From Octopus vulgaris (Eukaryota), in the NCBI GenBank assembly GCA_951406725.2, contig OX597817.1, positions 40,858,001-40,922,000 on the forward strand: a stretch of DNA of 64,000 bases. Reading direction: 5' to 3'. Positions 38,936 through 50,157 of the stretch are shown one piece after another (position 1 is the first letter of the stretch; each line of letters begins with the position of its first letter). The notes under the pieces were generated by a model that saw only the letters and a program-made list of their open reading frames with translations, was not told the DNA's origin and made no database searches. Both the position numbers and the translations under genes were made by a program.

Positions 38936-39160
38936 GTGAGTTCATCTTTCCTTATTGAATTTCTAGTTAACATGATAATGCATAATCAGTAAATGTGATT
39001 ATACATCATCTTGTATGTTTTGCATTTTAAGCTCAAGTCTTCTTACTGATGGGTGTAACTAAATGCCTATATAATATTTCTAATGTAAAATCCATGTTTT
39101 TGATATTAGCAGCAACATTTCTTTCAAACTTTGGTGATTCAGTAGAATGTTGTCTTGTTG

Positions 39161-39382
39161 AAGGCGGTCAGCTGACAGAATTATTAGCACGCTGGGAGAA
39201 ATGCTTAGCAGTATTTCTTCTGTTGTTACGTTCTGAGTTCAAATTCCGCTGAGGTGGACTTTGCGGGTCGATAAATTAAGTACCAGTTACGTACTGGGGT
39301 CAATGTAATCGACTTAATCCCTTTATCTGTCCTTGTTTGTCCCCTCTATGTTTAGCCCCTTGTGGGCAATAAAGAAATAAGA
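39161..39382 (+). mobile_element. tRNA-derived SINE (family A)
   Basis: Close match to the 19095-19328 copy, including the 3' end gccccttgtgggcaataaagaaataagaa. Confidence 0.85.
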
Positions 39383-40590
39383 ATGTTGTCTTGTTTTACA
39401 TGGCTTATGTTAACTTTTTTTATTGTGTCTGGGGAGGGTCATTATGTAAATAATAGACACTCACACTGGTTCTGCTTCACTTCTTTTATTATTACTCATT
39501 TGAAAGCTACGAGCAGAAACATTAACTATCATATAAAATGCTTTCTTGCATTTCTTCCAGCTTTACATTCTTGAGTTCAAACTCCACTGAGGCTGATTTG
39601 ACTTTCTTCCTTTCAAATAGTGGGGTTGCTGTAATTGACAAACCCTCTCCCACCAGAGTTCAGGCCTTCCGCCTAACTGGCTCCCATGCCAGTGGCACGT
39701 AAAAAGCATCCACTACACTCTCAGAGTGGTTGGCGTTACAAAGGGCATCCAGCTGTAGAAATATTGTCAGATCAGATTGGAGCCTGGTGCAGCCCCCTGG
39801 CTTGCCAGTCCCCAGTCAAACCGTCCAACCCATGCCAGCATGGAAAATGGATGTTGGTTGATGATGATGATATGAATTTTCATCAAGAATCTTGCAAACC
39901 AAATCCAAATTTTAACCTCTTTACATATATTTTTTTGATTCCCTCTATCTTGTTTGATTAGAAATTTCCATGTTGCTCTTGGCTCCATATATTTCAGTAG
40001 ATGAGAGATAAACTTCTTGCTGAAACTTTCTTGTAAGCAGGCAGAATTGGATTGCATTTATTATACGTATTCATAGTATTGTCTGCAAGTAGTCAATCTA
40101 TGACCATATTTAATATAATTAAAGAAAAACCCATTAATTAAGAATATTTATGCAGTGAAGAGAATAAAGCAGTAATCAAACATTAGATTTAATTTTCATG
40201 AATTTTTGATGAAAAGCAAAGTCAACCTCGACAGAATTTGAACTCAGAATATAAAGATGGACAAAATGCTGCCAAGCATTCTGTCTTGTATGCTTACAAT
40301 TCTGCCAGCTTGCCACTTTAATGATGGTTACTCATAATGAAATATTGAACGAAGCGGGATTATCATCACAGAATGTTGGCACAAACTTATTGTGCAGCTG
40401 ACATGTAAAAGGTATCCACTACACTCTATGGAGTGGTTGACATTAGGAAGGGCATCCAATCATAGAAACCAAGCCAAATCAGACTGGAGCCTTGCTACAG
40501 TTCTCAGGAATTACCAATTCATGCCAGCATGGAAGACAGGCACTCAATGATGAATATGATGATGGTGAAAATCTGTTTACAGTAATATAT

Positions 40591-40975
40591 AGGTGCAGGT
40601 GTAGCTGTATGGTAAAAAGCTTGCTTCCCAACCACATGGTTCTGGGTTCTATCCCACTGTGGCACCTTGGGAAAGTGTCAGGCCGGCCAAAGCTTTGTGA
40701 GTGGATGAGGTAGACAGAAACTGAAAGAAGCTTGTGTGTGTGTGTGTGTGTGTGTAATTATGCCTGTGTGTTTCTATGTTTGTCCCCCTACCATCACTTG
40801 ACAACCAATGCTGATGTATTTATGCCCCTGTAACTTAGCAGTTCAGCACAAGAGACCGATAGAATAAGTATTAGACTTACAAAGAATGTCGTGGAGTCAA
40901 GTTCTTTGACTAAAACGCTTTAAGGCAGTGCTCCAGCATGGCTGCAGTCAAATGATTGATACAAGTAAAAGAAAA
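40591..40975 (+). mobile_element. SINE family B
   Basis: gtagctgtatggtaaaaagcttgc...gtgctccagcatggctgcagtcaaatg. Confidence 0.8.
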
Positions 40976-43204
40976 GTATGTCAGTAGTTATGTAGGGAGG
41001 TCAGAGAATTTTGTTATAATTCCTTCTCCAGCATAGAAAACTCACCTGACATGTCTTACATTAACAATTGATTTTGTTGCCTTTAAGAAAGTTTTGTTTT
41101 TAATTGTCTGAATGAAAAATTCACCTAGAAAGATAGAAGGCAACAAATGAAATGGCAACAAAATGGTAGCAGTGGATATGCCGCCCTGGTGACTAGTCAC
41201 AGTTACACTAAACAACAAAGCCCGAAATACCAGTTTTACAAAGTGGTTTATTTATAGCTAGTTGCATATTTATAAGTTTATAGTTTCATAGTTTATTCCA
41301 GTATATCATCATCATCATCATTGTTTAACGTCTGTTTTCCATGCTAGCATGGGTTGGATGGTTCGACCGGGGTCTGGGAAGCCAGGAGGCTGCACCAGGC
41401 TCCAGTCTGATCTGGCAGTGTTTCTACAGCTGAATGCCCTTCCTAACGCCAACCACTCCGTGAGTGTAGTGGGTGCTTTTTACGTGCCACCAGCACAGAT
41501 GCCAGGGGAGGCTGGCAACAGCCACAATCGGTTGGTGCTTTTTACGTGCCTCCAGAATAATGTATTCACATGCACAGGCTCATATATTTCTTCCTCTATG
41601 AAATCACTTCAAAATATCTTTAAGTAGGTATATGATGAAACATACTAAATTTACTTTTTTCCTTCAAATATATTTGTAAAATAGGGATATGCCTAATGCA
41701 CAAGTGCATCTTATACACCAGCAAAAACAGTATTAATTATATTGTCTAACTGTATTAGAGAACAAATCTTTTGAAATGATTTTGCCATTGTCTTTCTTTG
41801 AAATATTACTGCTAAATTGTTCAGACATTACTGTAACGACAGCCGGGTTTGATTAATATGCTTTCACTTGTTGCAACCCACAAGCTGTGGCCATGCCAGG
41901 ACACCACCTTGCTTTAAAAGAAAATAATAAAAAGAAACTGTCAAAAAATAAACTTATGCTGATACACTCATCTCTATAAAACTTCTGTAATTTAGTTAAG
42001 AAGAACTTTCTTTAAATTCTTTTTGTTCTTTAGCATTTAGACTTGTCATATCCAGCCCATACTGGATCCATCCTCTTACACTTACCTGACAATATCATCC
42101 TAAAAGTAAACAATCACATTGAAATCTTGAAGCTACAAGATAATACACGTTGAATTCAAAGGAATATGAATAAATAAGCATTACATTTGCTAGAATAATC
42201 TGAATGCAAAAGGATTAATCTTGTTGGGAACCTGAAGAATAAATAAATATCAGTATTTTTTAGATGACCTTGTAATAGTATTCATAGCCATTTTTGTCTT
42301 CAAAAACATTAAAATTTTATAAACATCGCATTTAAAGCATTGAATTGCTGGCTAACACAATGGGAAGTACACACTATATCAAAACCTGTCAGTCCACTTG
42401 TCTATTGTTTGTTTATTTAACATTTTAATGTGAGATGAATGGGTGGATGTGTGCGAGTGTTTCAGTTGTGTGTGTGTGTGTGGTTTGTTTCTCTGATAAA
42501 GTAAAAGAAAATGGAGAAAAAAGTAACTACTTGAGAAGTTAAAATATTTTCTGTATAACTATTGAACATAGCATTTGATTTATTGATTGGCTATTTATGA
42601 ATAAGAAAAGGAATTTGTTTGACACTTTCCATGCTGTGGGTTCAAAGGTTGGATTGAACTCAGATGATATTGTAACTTTTGACCTTTATCTGTGAATAGC
42701 TTCCAGAGAAATATGTCAATGTATCTAGACTATATCTTGATACATGTATGTATTCAAAATGATTAAGCCAGAGTAGTGAAATAGTTCTTGCTTAGACCTA
42801 GATCAACCCTGATTGGCAAACATAAGACATTCCATCCATGACCATTTCGTTGTTTTGTGAGTCAGAGACTACATTATCCAATATATGTATTTGCACATGG
42901 TTTTTTTTTTTCTTTTTGTAGTGGTGAAGGCACATGTCTAGTTGTGGTAAAAAGTTTGCTTTCTAACCACATGGTTTTAGGTTCAGTCCCACTGTGCAGC
43001 TTATTATAGCCCTAGGCCAACCAAAGTCTTAGTTGATGGAAACTGAAAGAAGCCCTTCATGTACATATAGTATATATGGACATGTGTGTGTGTGTTACTG
43101 TCTCTTTGCCTTGACGCCACGCGATAGTTATAAACAAGTGTCACTCTCATGCAAACAGAGTCCTTTGTTTCCAATCATCTGTGGAAACATGCTTGGTCAT
43201 GGGG

Positions 43205-43597
43205 AAGTGCTAGTGGGGTGCAAAGAGCACCATACTAGTGTGATCGTTGCCAGAGCAGCCAACTGGCTTCCGTACCCGTGGCACGTACAAGGGCACCATT
43301 CGAGCGTGATCATTACCAACATCGCTTCACCGGCACCTGTGTCGGTGGCACGTATAAAAAGATTCGAGCGAGGTCATTGCCAGTACCGCCTGACTGGCTC
43401 CCATGCAGGTGGCACGTAAAAAGCACCCACTACACTCTCGGAGTGGTTGGCATTAGGAAGGGCATCCAGCTGTAGAAACTCTGCCAGATCAAGACTGGTG
43501 CCTGGTGCAGCCATCTGATTGCCAGCCCTCTGTCAAAACCATCCAACCCATGCTAGCATGGAAAGCGGACATTAAATGATGATGATGATGATGATGA
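43205..43597 (+). mobile_element. RTE LINE 3' UTR fragment with (GAT)n tail, nested in a SINE
   Basis: Tandem gagcgtgatc..ccag units, then ggaagggcatccagctgtagaaac..catgctagcatggaaagcggacattaaatgatgatgat. Confidence 0.82.
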
Positions 43598-44075
43598 AAC
43601 AGGTGAGGGTTGGTGATGAAAAGAGCATTCAGCTATAGAAAATCAGCCTTAACAAATTTCTGTCAGACCCATGTGAGCATGGGAAAGTTGACATTAAAAA
43701 GAGGAGAGGGATGTTGTGATTTGGTTGGTATTTCTTGCTGTTTTTGACCTTGGCATTTTGCTAATGTTCTTTATTTGTTTGGCTTTTAATCATGCCACCT
43801 GTTTGTTAGGCTTGGTTATGTTGTCATTAAATTCAGTTGACAATGATATGTTTGTTATTTGAATTCAAGGGTTGGGATTAGTTATATTGTGATTTGTAAC
43901 TAATCTCTGGACCTGCTACTTCTAGACTGGTTTTCAGTAAACTAGTTTGTTGACCTTCTTAACAAAATATAATGTAAATCAATAGTTAGCTTTATGTTGT
44001 GCTTGACAAGACTCATCAAGGCAAGTGAAATTGTAGTTGTGGCTTGCGCTGGTGACACATAAAAGGCACCTGTGA

Positions 44076-44507
44076 TGCTTCCTGGGGCTAAATAGCAGCA
44101 GTATAATTCCCTTCATGGGACTGTCACATTAAGTTGGCAGTATACAACTACTTTATCGTACCACTACTGCATAAATCTCTCTGAGATATTTAGAAATGTA
44201 TTATTTCTATTTTTATAATCAGTGAATTTATTTCACTCAAATTCAAATTCTTATATGTTTGCAAAGGCTAGATAGACATCTCCAACTTGCAGGCCATGCT
44301 ACTCCAGACTGATGACGAGCAAAGACTCAGAAACTAGTCTCTGACTGCAGGCTTAGCTGGGTGGAGGTGCTTATCTCCCCCTTGCAAACATAAGGACACA
44401 GGAAATGTGTCAAGGCCGACAGGAAGCCTTGCTGCTTCCTAGCGCTAAATAGCAGTAGTATGATTCCCTTCGTGGGACTGTCACATTAAGTTCACAGTAT
44501 ACAACTA
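44076..44507 (+). mobile_element. Retrozyme-like / Penelope pLTR-like unit: 357-nt monomer plus 75-nt terminal direct repeat
   Basis: 44076-44150 is repeated at 44433-44507 with a constant 357-nt offset. It contains a hammerhead fold and many hairpins, and no credible ORF. Confidence 0.72.
44254..44392 (+). ncRNA. Type I hammerhead ribozyme (minimal palindromic stem III), predicted cleavage after GUC at 44339
   Basis: Stem I CAGA(44305-08), core CUGAUGA(44309-15), stem II (C)GAG-CAAAGA-CUC(A), GAAA(44330-33), CUAG, UC, stem I UCUG(44340-43). Stem I extends through UGCAG/CUGCA, CAUCUCCA/UGGAGGUG and UAUGUUUGCAA/UUGCAAACAUA. Confidence 0.75.
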
Positions 44508-44508
44508 T

Positions 44509-44568
<60 letters not shown>

Positions 44569-44620
44569 TATATACATATATAAATGTGTATATATGTGTG
44601 TGTGTGTGTGTGTGTGTATA
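44508..44620. repeat. Compound (TG)n(TA)n microsatellite
   Basis: Seen directly. Abuts the 3' end of the retrozyme-like unit. Confidence 0.95.
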
Positions 44621-44845
44621 TGTACATATGTGGGTGATGTTCTCAATCAATACGTTACAATCATATCTAATTGTTCAAGTACTTCAATTCTGCGTATGTA
44701 CATATATTTACTAGATTGGTGACATTTATTAATGGTTTTCCCCATTGTGTTGATGTGCTATTTTTTATCATTAATAGGTTGGGATTTTTGATGACACACG
44801 TATGCTAAACGTGTGTGTGTGTGTATATATACATACACACACACA

Positions 44846-47218
44846 CTAGCACTATGACCCAGCGTTGCCAGGTCTAGTGCTAGTCGAGCACAAAAAAAAT
44901 TGGGGTCAAACTGCAGCAGCTGCTTTAATTGAGTGTTAATTGATGAGTTGCTTGGCAAAAATATGGCGAAGCAACCCAAGTAAAAGTGATAGGTAAAGTG
45001 GAATTTTATGAACAAAACTTGCAATCAGTAACGGAAACGGAGCCATGAAGCGTAATTGTGAAAAGCGTTTGAGTCTGGGCACCAAAAGCATGCATCCTCA
45101 CGCTTTATTAGCACTTTGAATCTTATTGGATAATGATTTACTATGCGCAAATCCAAGGTCAGACGTTTACATATGTCCCTCAGCAGCATTGGCCGGTACA
45201 AACATGCATGCATACATGCACACGTTGAAGGTCATACGCAGTGCCACGCCTACGCACATACATGCACAGGATGACTAATTGTCTATGCGGGAAAATGCTT
45301 TTTGTGGTGTTTGATGCATGGTCTAATTAATTAGTGGAAAGTGGATTCAAGTTAGAAAAACATAGGGCATTTGTGAAGTGGAAAAACCCAATAAATTTGC
45401 AGTAGCAAATATAGAGCTTATTATGTGGAAGTTAAGGCTAAAAGAAAGCGGTTGTAATTCAATTTGATTAAAGAAGCCCGTAAGGGTTTGTTAGAGGCCA
45501 ACTCTAATCAAATTAAGTAATAACCTGAGTACCCTTGTCACCCGCTATGTAGACAGCAAATGATTCGACCTCAGCTGAATGTGAACTCAACAAACGATGG
45601 TTATGTGTATTTTCAAAATCATGCTGTGGTGCAGTCAAATTCAAGTTTTTTGCTTTCTTCTTCCTCCTTTTTCGTCTGACTATGACATGTGCACAGTCCT
45701 GCTAACTGAAAGCTTCATATCATATGCTTGTTGTTCGTTTCCGGTGTTTCAATAAAAAGTTCTTACTTAATCAAGGTAATGCAGAAACACTGTATGACTT
45801 GTGAGTTCTAGCCTTGAATTGTCTTAAGTACCAGTGTGCTTCTGTTTGGTTAGCTATAAAATGGGGTAAGAACAAAACTCAGGCTTTTTACAGATAAAGA
45901 TTGCTTCATTTTGTGCTAAATCCCCTTCTTTGTTCTCGGAAATTATGTTCGCCTTTCCATCACCTATGTTTTTTAACACGTTTGACTGAGCCTCTGCAAA
46001 TTCTGAGCCCACCCATAGGTGCAGCTGCACTGGGTAATTAATCATCGCAAATTTGGTGGCTTTGTTGAAGATGAAGGGGGAGCATGCTAGAAAATCAATA
46101 AAGACCACCATGAAAGCAAACCTTCACCAACAAAATGAAATCAATAATCAGGGCTGACAAAGTTTTCAAATTTCCTAGCTAGCGGAAAAATGTGACTGGA
46201 AATTAATTAGCATCTCAATTTTCACTCGTATCTCAAAACACAAAAGCATGAAATTTCGCTTAAGAAAATCTTTGTATCTTATGTCATTCGTACCTCAAGT
46301 TAGGGCTAAAAGAAAAGGTTGCGGTCAATTTAAATGCGGAAACCTGCAAGGAATAGTTTTATTGAGTTTCCATTGATTGATTGACAATTTTGGTAAACTT
46401 GAATCAAATTAAGATTTTTTGCACCAAAAGGATCACCCTGATAACCCTATGCCCCTGCTGTGCAAGTAGCAAATGATTCAATCTTAGGCTGAATGCAAAC
46501 AAATAAACGTTTTTTTATGAAAATCCCTTGGAGTTTGGTCAACTTACTCATTTTTCATTTTTAATCCTACTTGAATAAAACATCCTGGGCTCTGGCTGGA
46601 TATCTTAAATCAACCAGAAGCATAAAAGTAAAGCCTTTCCTAAATAGATTCATTGAATAGGCTCCAACTCTTTTATGGCATACTTAAGGAACAATAGCAT
46701 ATCAAGTATATTTGGTCTTTCATGAAAATCCCGCTCTCTTGTCATTCACTTGGTCTGACTCGTTAATTATTCCCTTCATTTCTCAAATCAAAAAAGCGTG
46801 CACGTTTGAAAACCAAAACACATGATAACGTGTCTTCGCAAAATACAAAAATGCACTGAGTCATACAGACTGTCTGCAAATGCGCATGCGCATTCAACTG
46901 TCAAGGGTAAAATTATCTCTGTCCAATCAAAAAACAGCTGGCAGTCTATTGGCATATCTAGCTGTACGCATGCACCGTGTACAAATTTCTGTTTTAGCAA
47001 TTTTAAATGGATATGCCCATAACTTATGGGTATAAGGGGTTGGTTTATTGATGTTTTTAATGGCTTTCTGGAGTGTCTGGGAAAATGAAAATATCTTCAC
47101 AATCACTCTTAGATAGTTTTGAAAGCCCATAGAAAATGCGAGCCTTTTACGTGAAAAACTGGATTTGTATAAAGGACACACAGACACACAAACATTTTGC
47201 TGTTTATAGATATAGAGA
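44846..47218 (-). mobile_element. Non-autonomous Helitron (~2.4 kb)
   Basis: Minus 5' end TCtctatatctataaacagcaaaatgtttgtgtgtctgt. 3' end hairpin gacctggcaacgctgggtc then atagtgCTAG|t. Internal VQLHLWVGSEFAEAQSNVLKNIGDGK resembles the Pif1-helicase NMR..F...LL.IGDG motif. Confidence 0.78.
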
Positions 47219-47630
47219 TATATATGTATATATCATAGATGCAGGCACGGCTGTGTAATTAAGAAGCTTACTTCTTAACCATGGTCTCAGATTCTGTCCT
47301 GCTTGTGTCACCTCAGGCAAGTGTTTTCCTGTATAGTCCAGGATTAACCGAAGTGTGTGGATTGGTGAACAGGGATGGAAGAAGCCCAATGTGTGTGTGT
47401 GTTGTGTGTGTCTGTATAAATCCTTCAAGGTGGTGTTCCAGCATGACCGTAATCCAATGACTGAAACAAGTGAAAAAGTTAAAGATAAAAAAAAAATCAT
47501 TCTTAGTAAAGCAGGGTTTTTGAGAAATTTGTTAATTACTATCAAATGACTGTTCCTTGTGAAATATTGCGGTAAATATTTTCTTGATCACCTTTCTTAC
47601 TGAAATTGTATCTTTATTTTCATTCTGAAG

Positions 47631-47714
47631 GGCAAAGAAAGAAGAATGCAAATTTCATCTGATGGTGGCATTACTTGGAATGAAGCCCAACTTGAAACCA
47701 TCACACACGACCGA
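47631..47714 (+). CDS. SORT1: Sortilin exon 9
   Basis: tctgaag|GKERRMQISSDGGITWNEAQLETITHDR|gtaagt. Compare sortilin RRIHVSTDQGDTWSMAQL. Confidence 0.93.
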
Positions 47715-48677
47715 GTAAGTTTATTTTCACCATAATTAATATCTTAATATCTCTCTTGGTATAACAGTTTACACCTCTTGCCCGCAATGTCTTCTAAATA
47801 TTCTCAAATTAAAACACTTTGTTTTATAACCTAGGAGGCATACCCTTTATAAATGCAAGGCTGGCTGCGTGGTTAAGAAACTTTATTCCGAACCATGTGG
47901 GCTTCAGTTGAGTCCCACTTGGTAATAGTCTTCTATTAGTTTCTTCTAAACACAAGTTATGTTCAGTGTAAAATAAAATAATTTTCAGATGATGTCATGG
48001 AGGCAATGACAAATGCCCGAGAGCTTTGGCAATATGTCATGCTTGAGAAGAAGAGCCATCAAGCCAAGTGGAATCATAGTCATGGCAGATACTGATGGCA
48101 TGTAAAAACACTCATTACACTCTTGGAGAGCTTGGTATTAGGAAGGGCATAAAACCATAGTAACTATGCCAAATCAGGCTGAAGTTTGGAGCAGGCCCTC
48201 AGCCTTATCAGCCCTGGTCAAACCATCCAAACCATGCCAGCGTGGACAACAGACGTTAAATGATGGTGATGTTAAGAATGTAACACTTGAAAATTGTTTA
48301 TCCAGTAAGGTTAAGAATTACTTCAAATAAAGGATCTGCTTGGTTGAAGGGACCTCAAAAAAGCAAGTGTGCCATGATTCCCAACTTTATTCTCTCTCAG
48401 TAAAAATATCTCGGGCTTCATGCTTGTGCAGAAGTAAACCAGGATTATTTTTACTTAAGCCAAAATCTTCAATGAAGCAAGAATAAGAGAGCACTTGATG
48501 CATGACTCTCGATATTAAGTTTTGACTCCAAATTTCACCAGAGATAATTTGGCTTGTCTTTTCTCTAGATTTGATAAATCAACTAGATTTTGTTTAAATT
48601 GTCTTAAATTGGTGATCTTTATCTTAACTAAGGAAAGGTTCTTGCTATAAACTATTTTATATTCTGTATCTTTTCAG

Positions 48678-48738
48678 TTTTTCTCCATTCTGGATATGTC
48701 TGAAGGATTAATATTTATGCACGTCGATGATCCTGGAG
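48678..48738 (+). CDS. SORT1: Sortilin exon 10
   Basis: ttttcag|FFSILDMSEGLIFMHVDDPG(D)|gtaagc. Compare FYSIL..VFMHVDEPGD. Confidence 0.93.
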
Positions 48739-48743
48739 GTAAG

Positions 48744-49966
48744 CACCTTAAAATTTCAAACAAATTTATTTTAATATGGGGTAGGACCACCTTTGGCAGT
48801 AATTACAGCTTGAATTCTACAAGGTATGGACTCGTACAAAATTTGAATTGTTTCTAAAGGAATTTTTGTCCATTCTTCAGCTAAAACAGTCTCCAGTTCT
48901 TGTAGTGATGATGGTGAAGGATATCGACTCCTTACTTCTTTTTCTAAAATGCACCATTGATGTTCAATAATATTGAAATCTGGGGACTTGTAGCCAGATA
49001 AGATGTTCAACTTTACTAAAATGTTCCTTGTGCCACTCAGTAACAACTTTAGCTGTGTGAATTGGTGCATTATCATCCTGAAAGATTGCGTTTCCCTCCG
49101 GAAACAGTTCCGCAACCATAGGATGAATTTGATCAGATAAAATGCTTAAATAGTCTTGACTATTTATTCTGCCATGAAGGGAAACCATTGGGCCAGGAGA
49201 TTTCCAAGATATGGCCCTCCACAGATCTTCCACCATGTTTAACAGTTGAAAGAAGGCATTCTGGATCAAATGCTTCTTTTGGCTGTCTCCACACATATTC
49301 ATCCAGTGGTCGGAAATAAGGTAATGGATGACTCATATGAGAAAATAACATTCTTCCGCTGCTCTAGGGACCAATTCTGTAGGTTTTTACTCCACTCGAA
49401 ATGCTTTGCAATATTCGTGTTTGAAAGTAGTGGTCTTCTGATTGCAGCCTCCCCCATAAAATCCAGCTTTGTACAGCTCCCAGCAAACAGTTTTTGTGGA
49501 AACTGGGTTCTCGAGGTGGCCATTAAGTTCTGCTGTAATTTTGGGAGCTGTACTTTGTGATTCTTTTTAACAATTCGTGTAAGAGTCCAACAGTCCCTAT
49601 CTGAAAGTTCTGGTTTTTTTCAACGAGGAGGTATTTCCCTCTTTCTCAAAGGCTGTCATTACTTTCGAGACAGTACTTGTTGATACACCAAACATTTTCG
49701 GCTGTTTTCATTAGACTGGTGCCTGCCATAAGAGCACCAACAATTTGACCTCTTTGAAAGTCCGATAGATCTGTCATTTTAATGAATTTTAATTACCTTT
49801 TTCTGATGATATCTGGAAAGAAACAGCAATTTTAGCAAAACATATTAAGCAACACTAATAATAAATCAAAAAACATAAAAATAAACAAGCTTTTGATGGT
49901 TTTATAGATATTTCAAAATTATGAAACTATGATGCTAGGTGTTCCCATTATTTTGTCCAACTCCTG
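48744..49966 (-). mobile_element. Tc1/mariner transposon, degenerate transposase, one TIR largely missing
   Basis: NVIFSYES, TVKHGG, IFQDDNAPIH, SPDFNIIEH.W, AVITAKGGPTPY* across frameshifts. Right terminus reads TA|CAGGAGTTGGACAAAATAATGGGAACACC on the minus strand. Confidence 0.9.
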
Positions 49967-50157
49967 TATGTGTATAAGTTGCATCCCTAATTTAGTGTTA
50001 AATCTAATACAAAATTTTTTTCCTTCATAGTTTTACCCCATATATAAGTTACACCCCAGTTTTTTCCTGTTAAAATCAAATGTAAAATGGTGTGACTTAT
50101 ACACAAGTAAATATGTTAAACATTGAAAGTAGGAGTTTTAAGGATTGTTAAAAAAAA

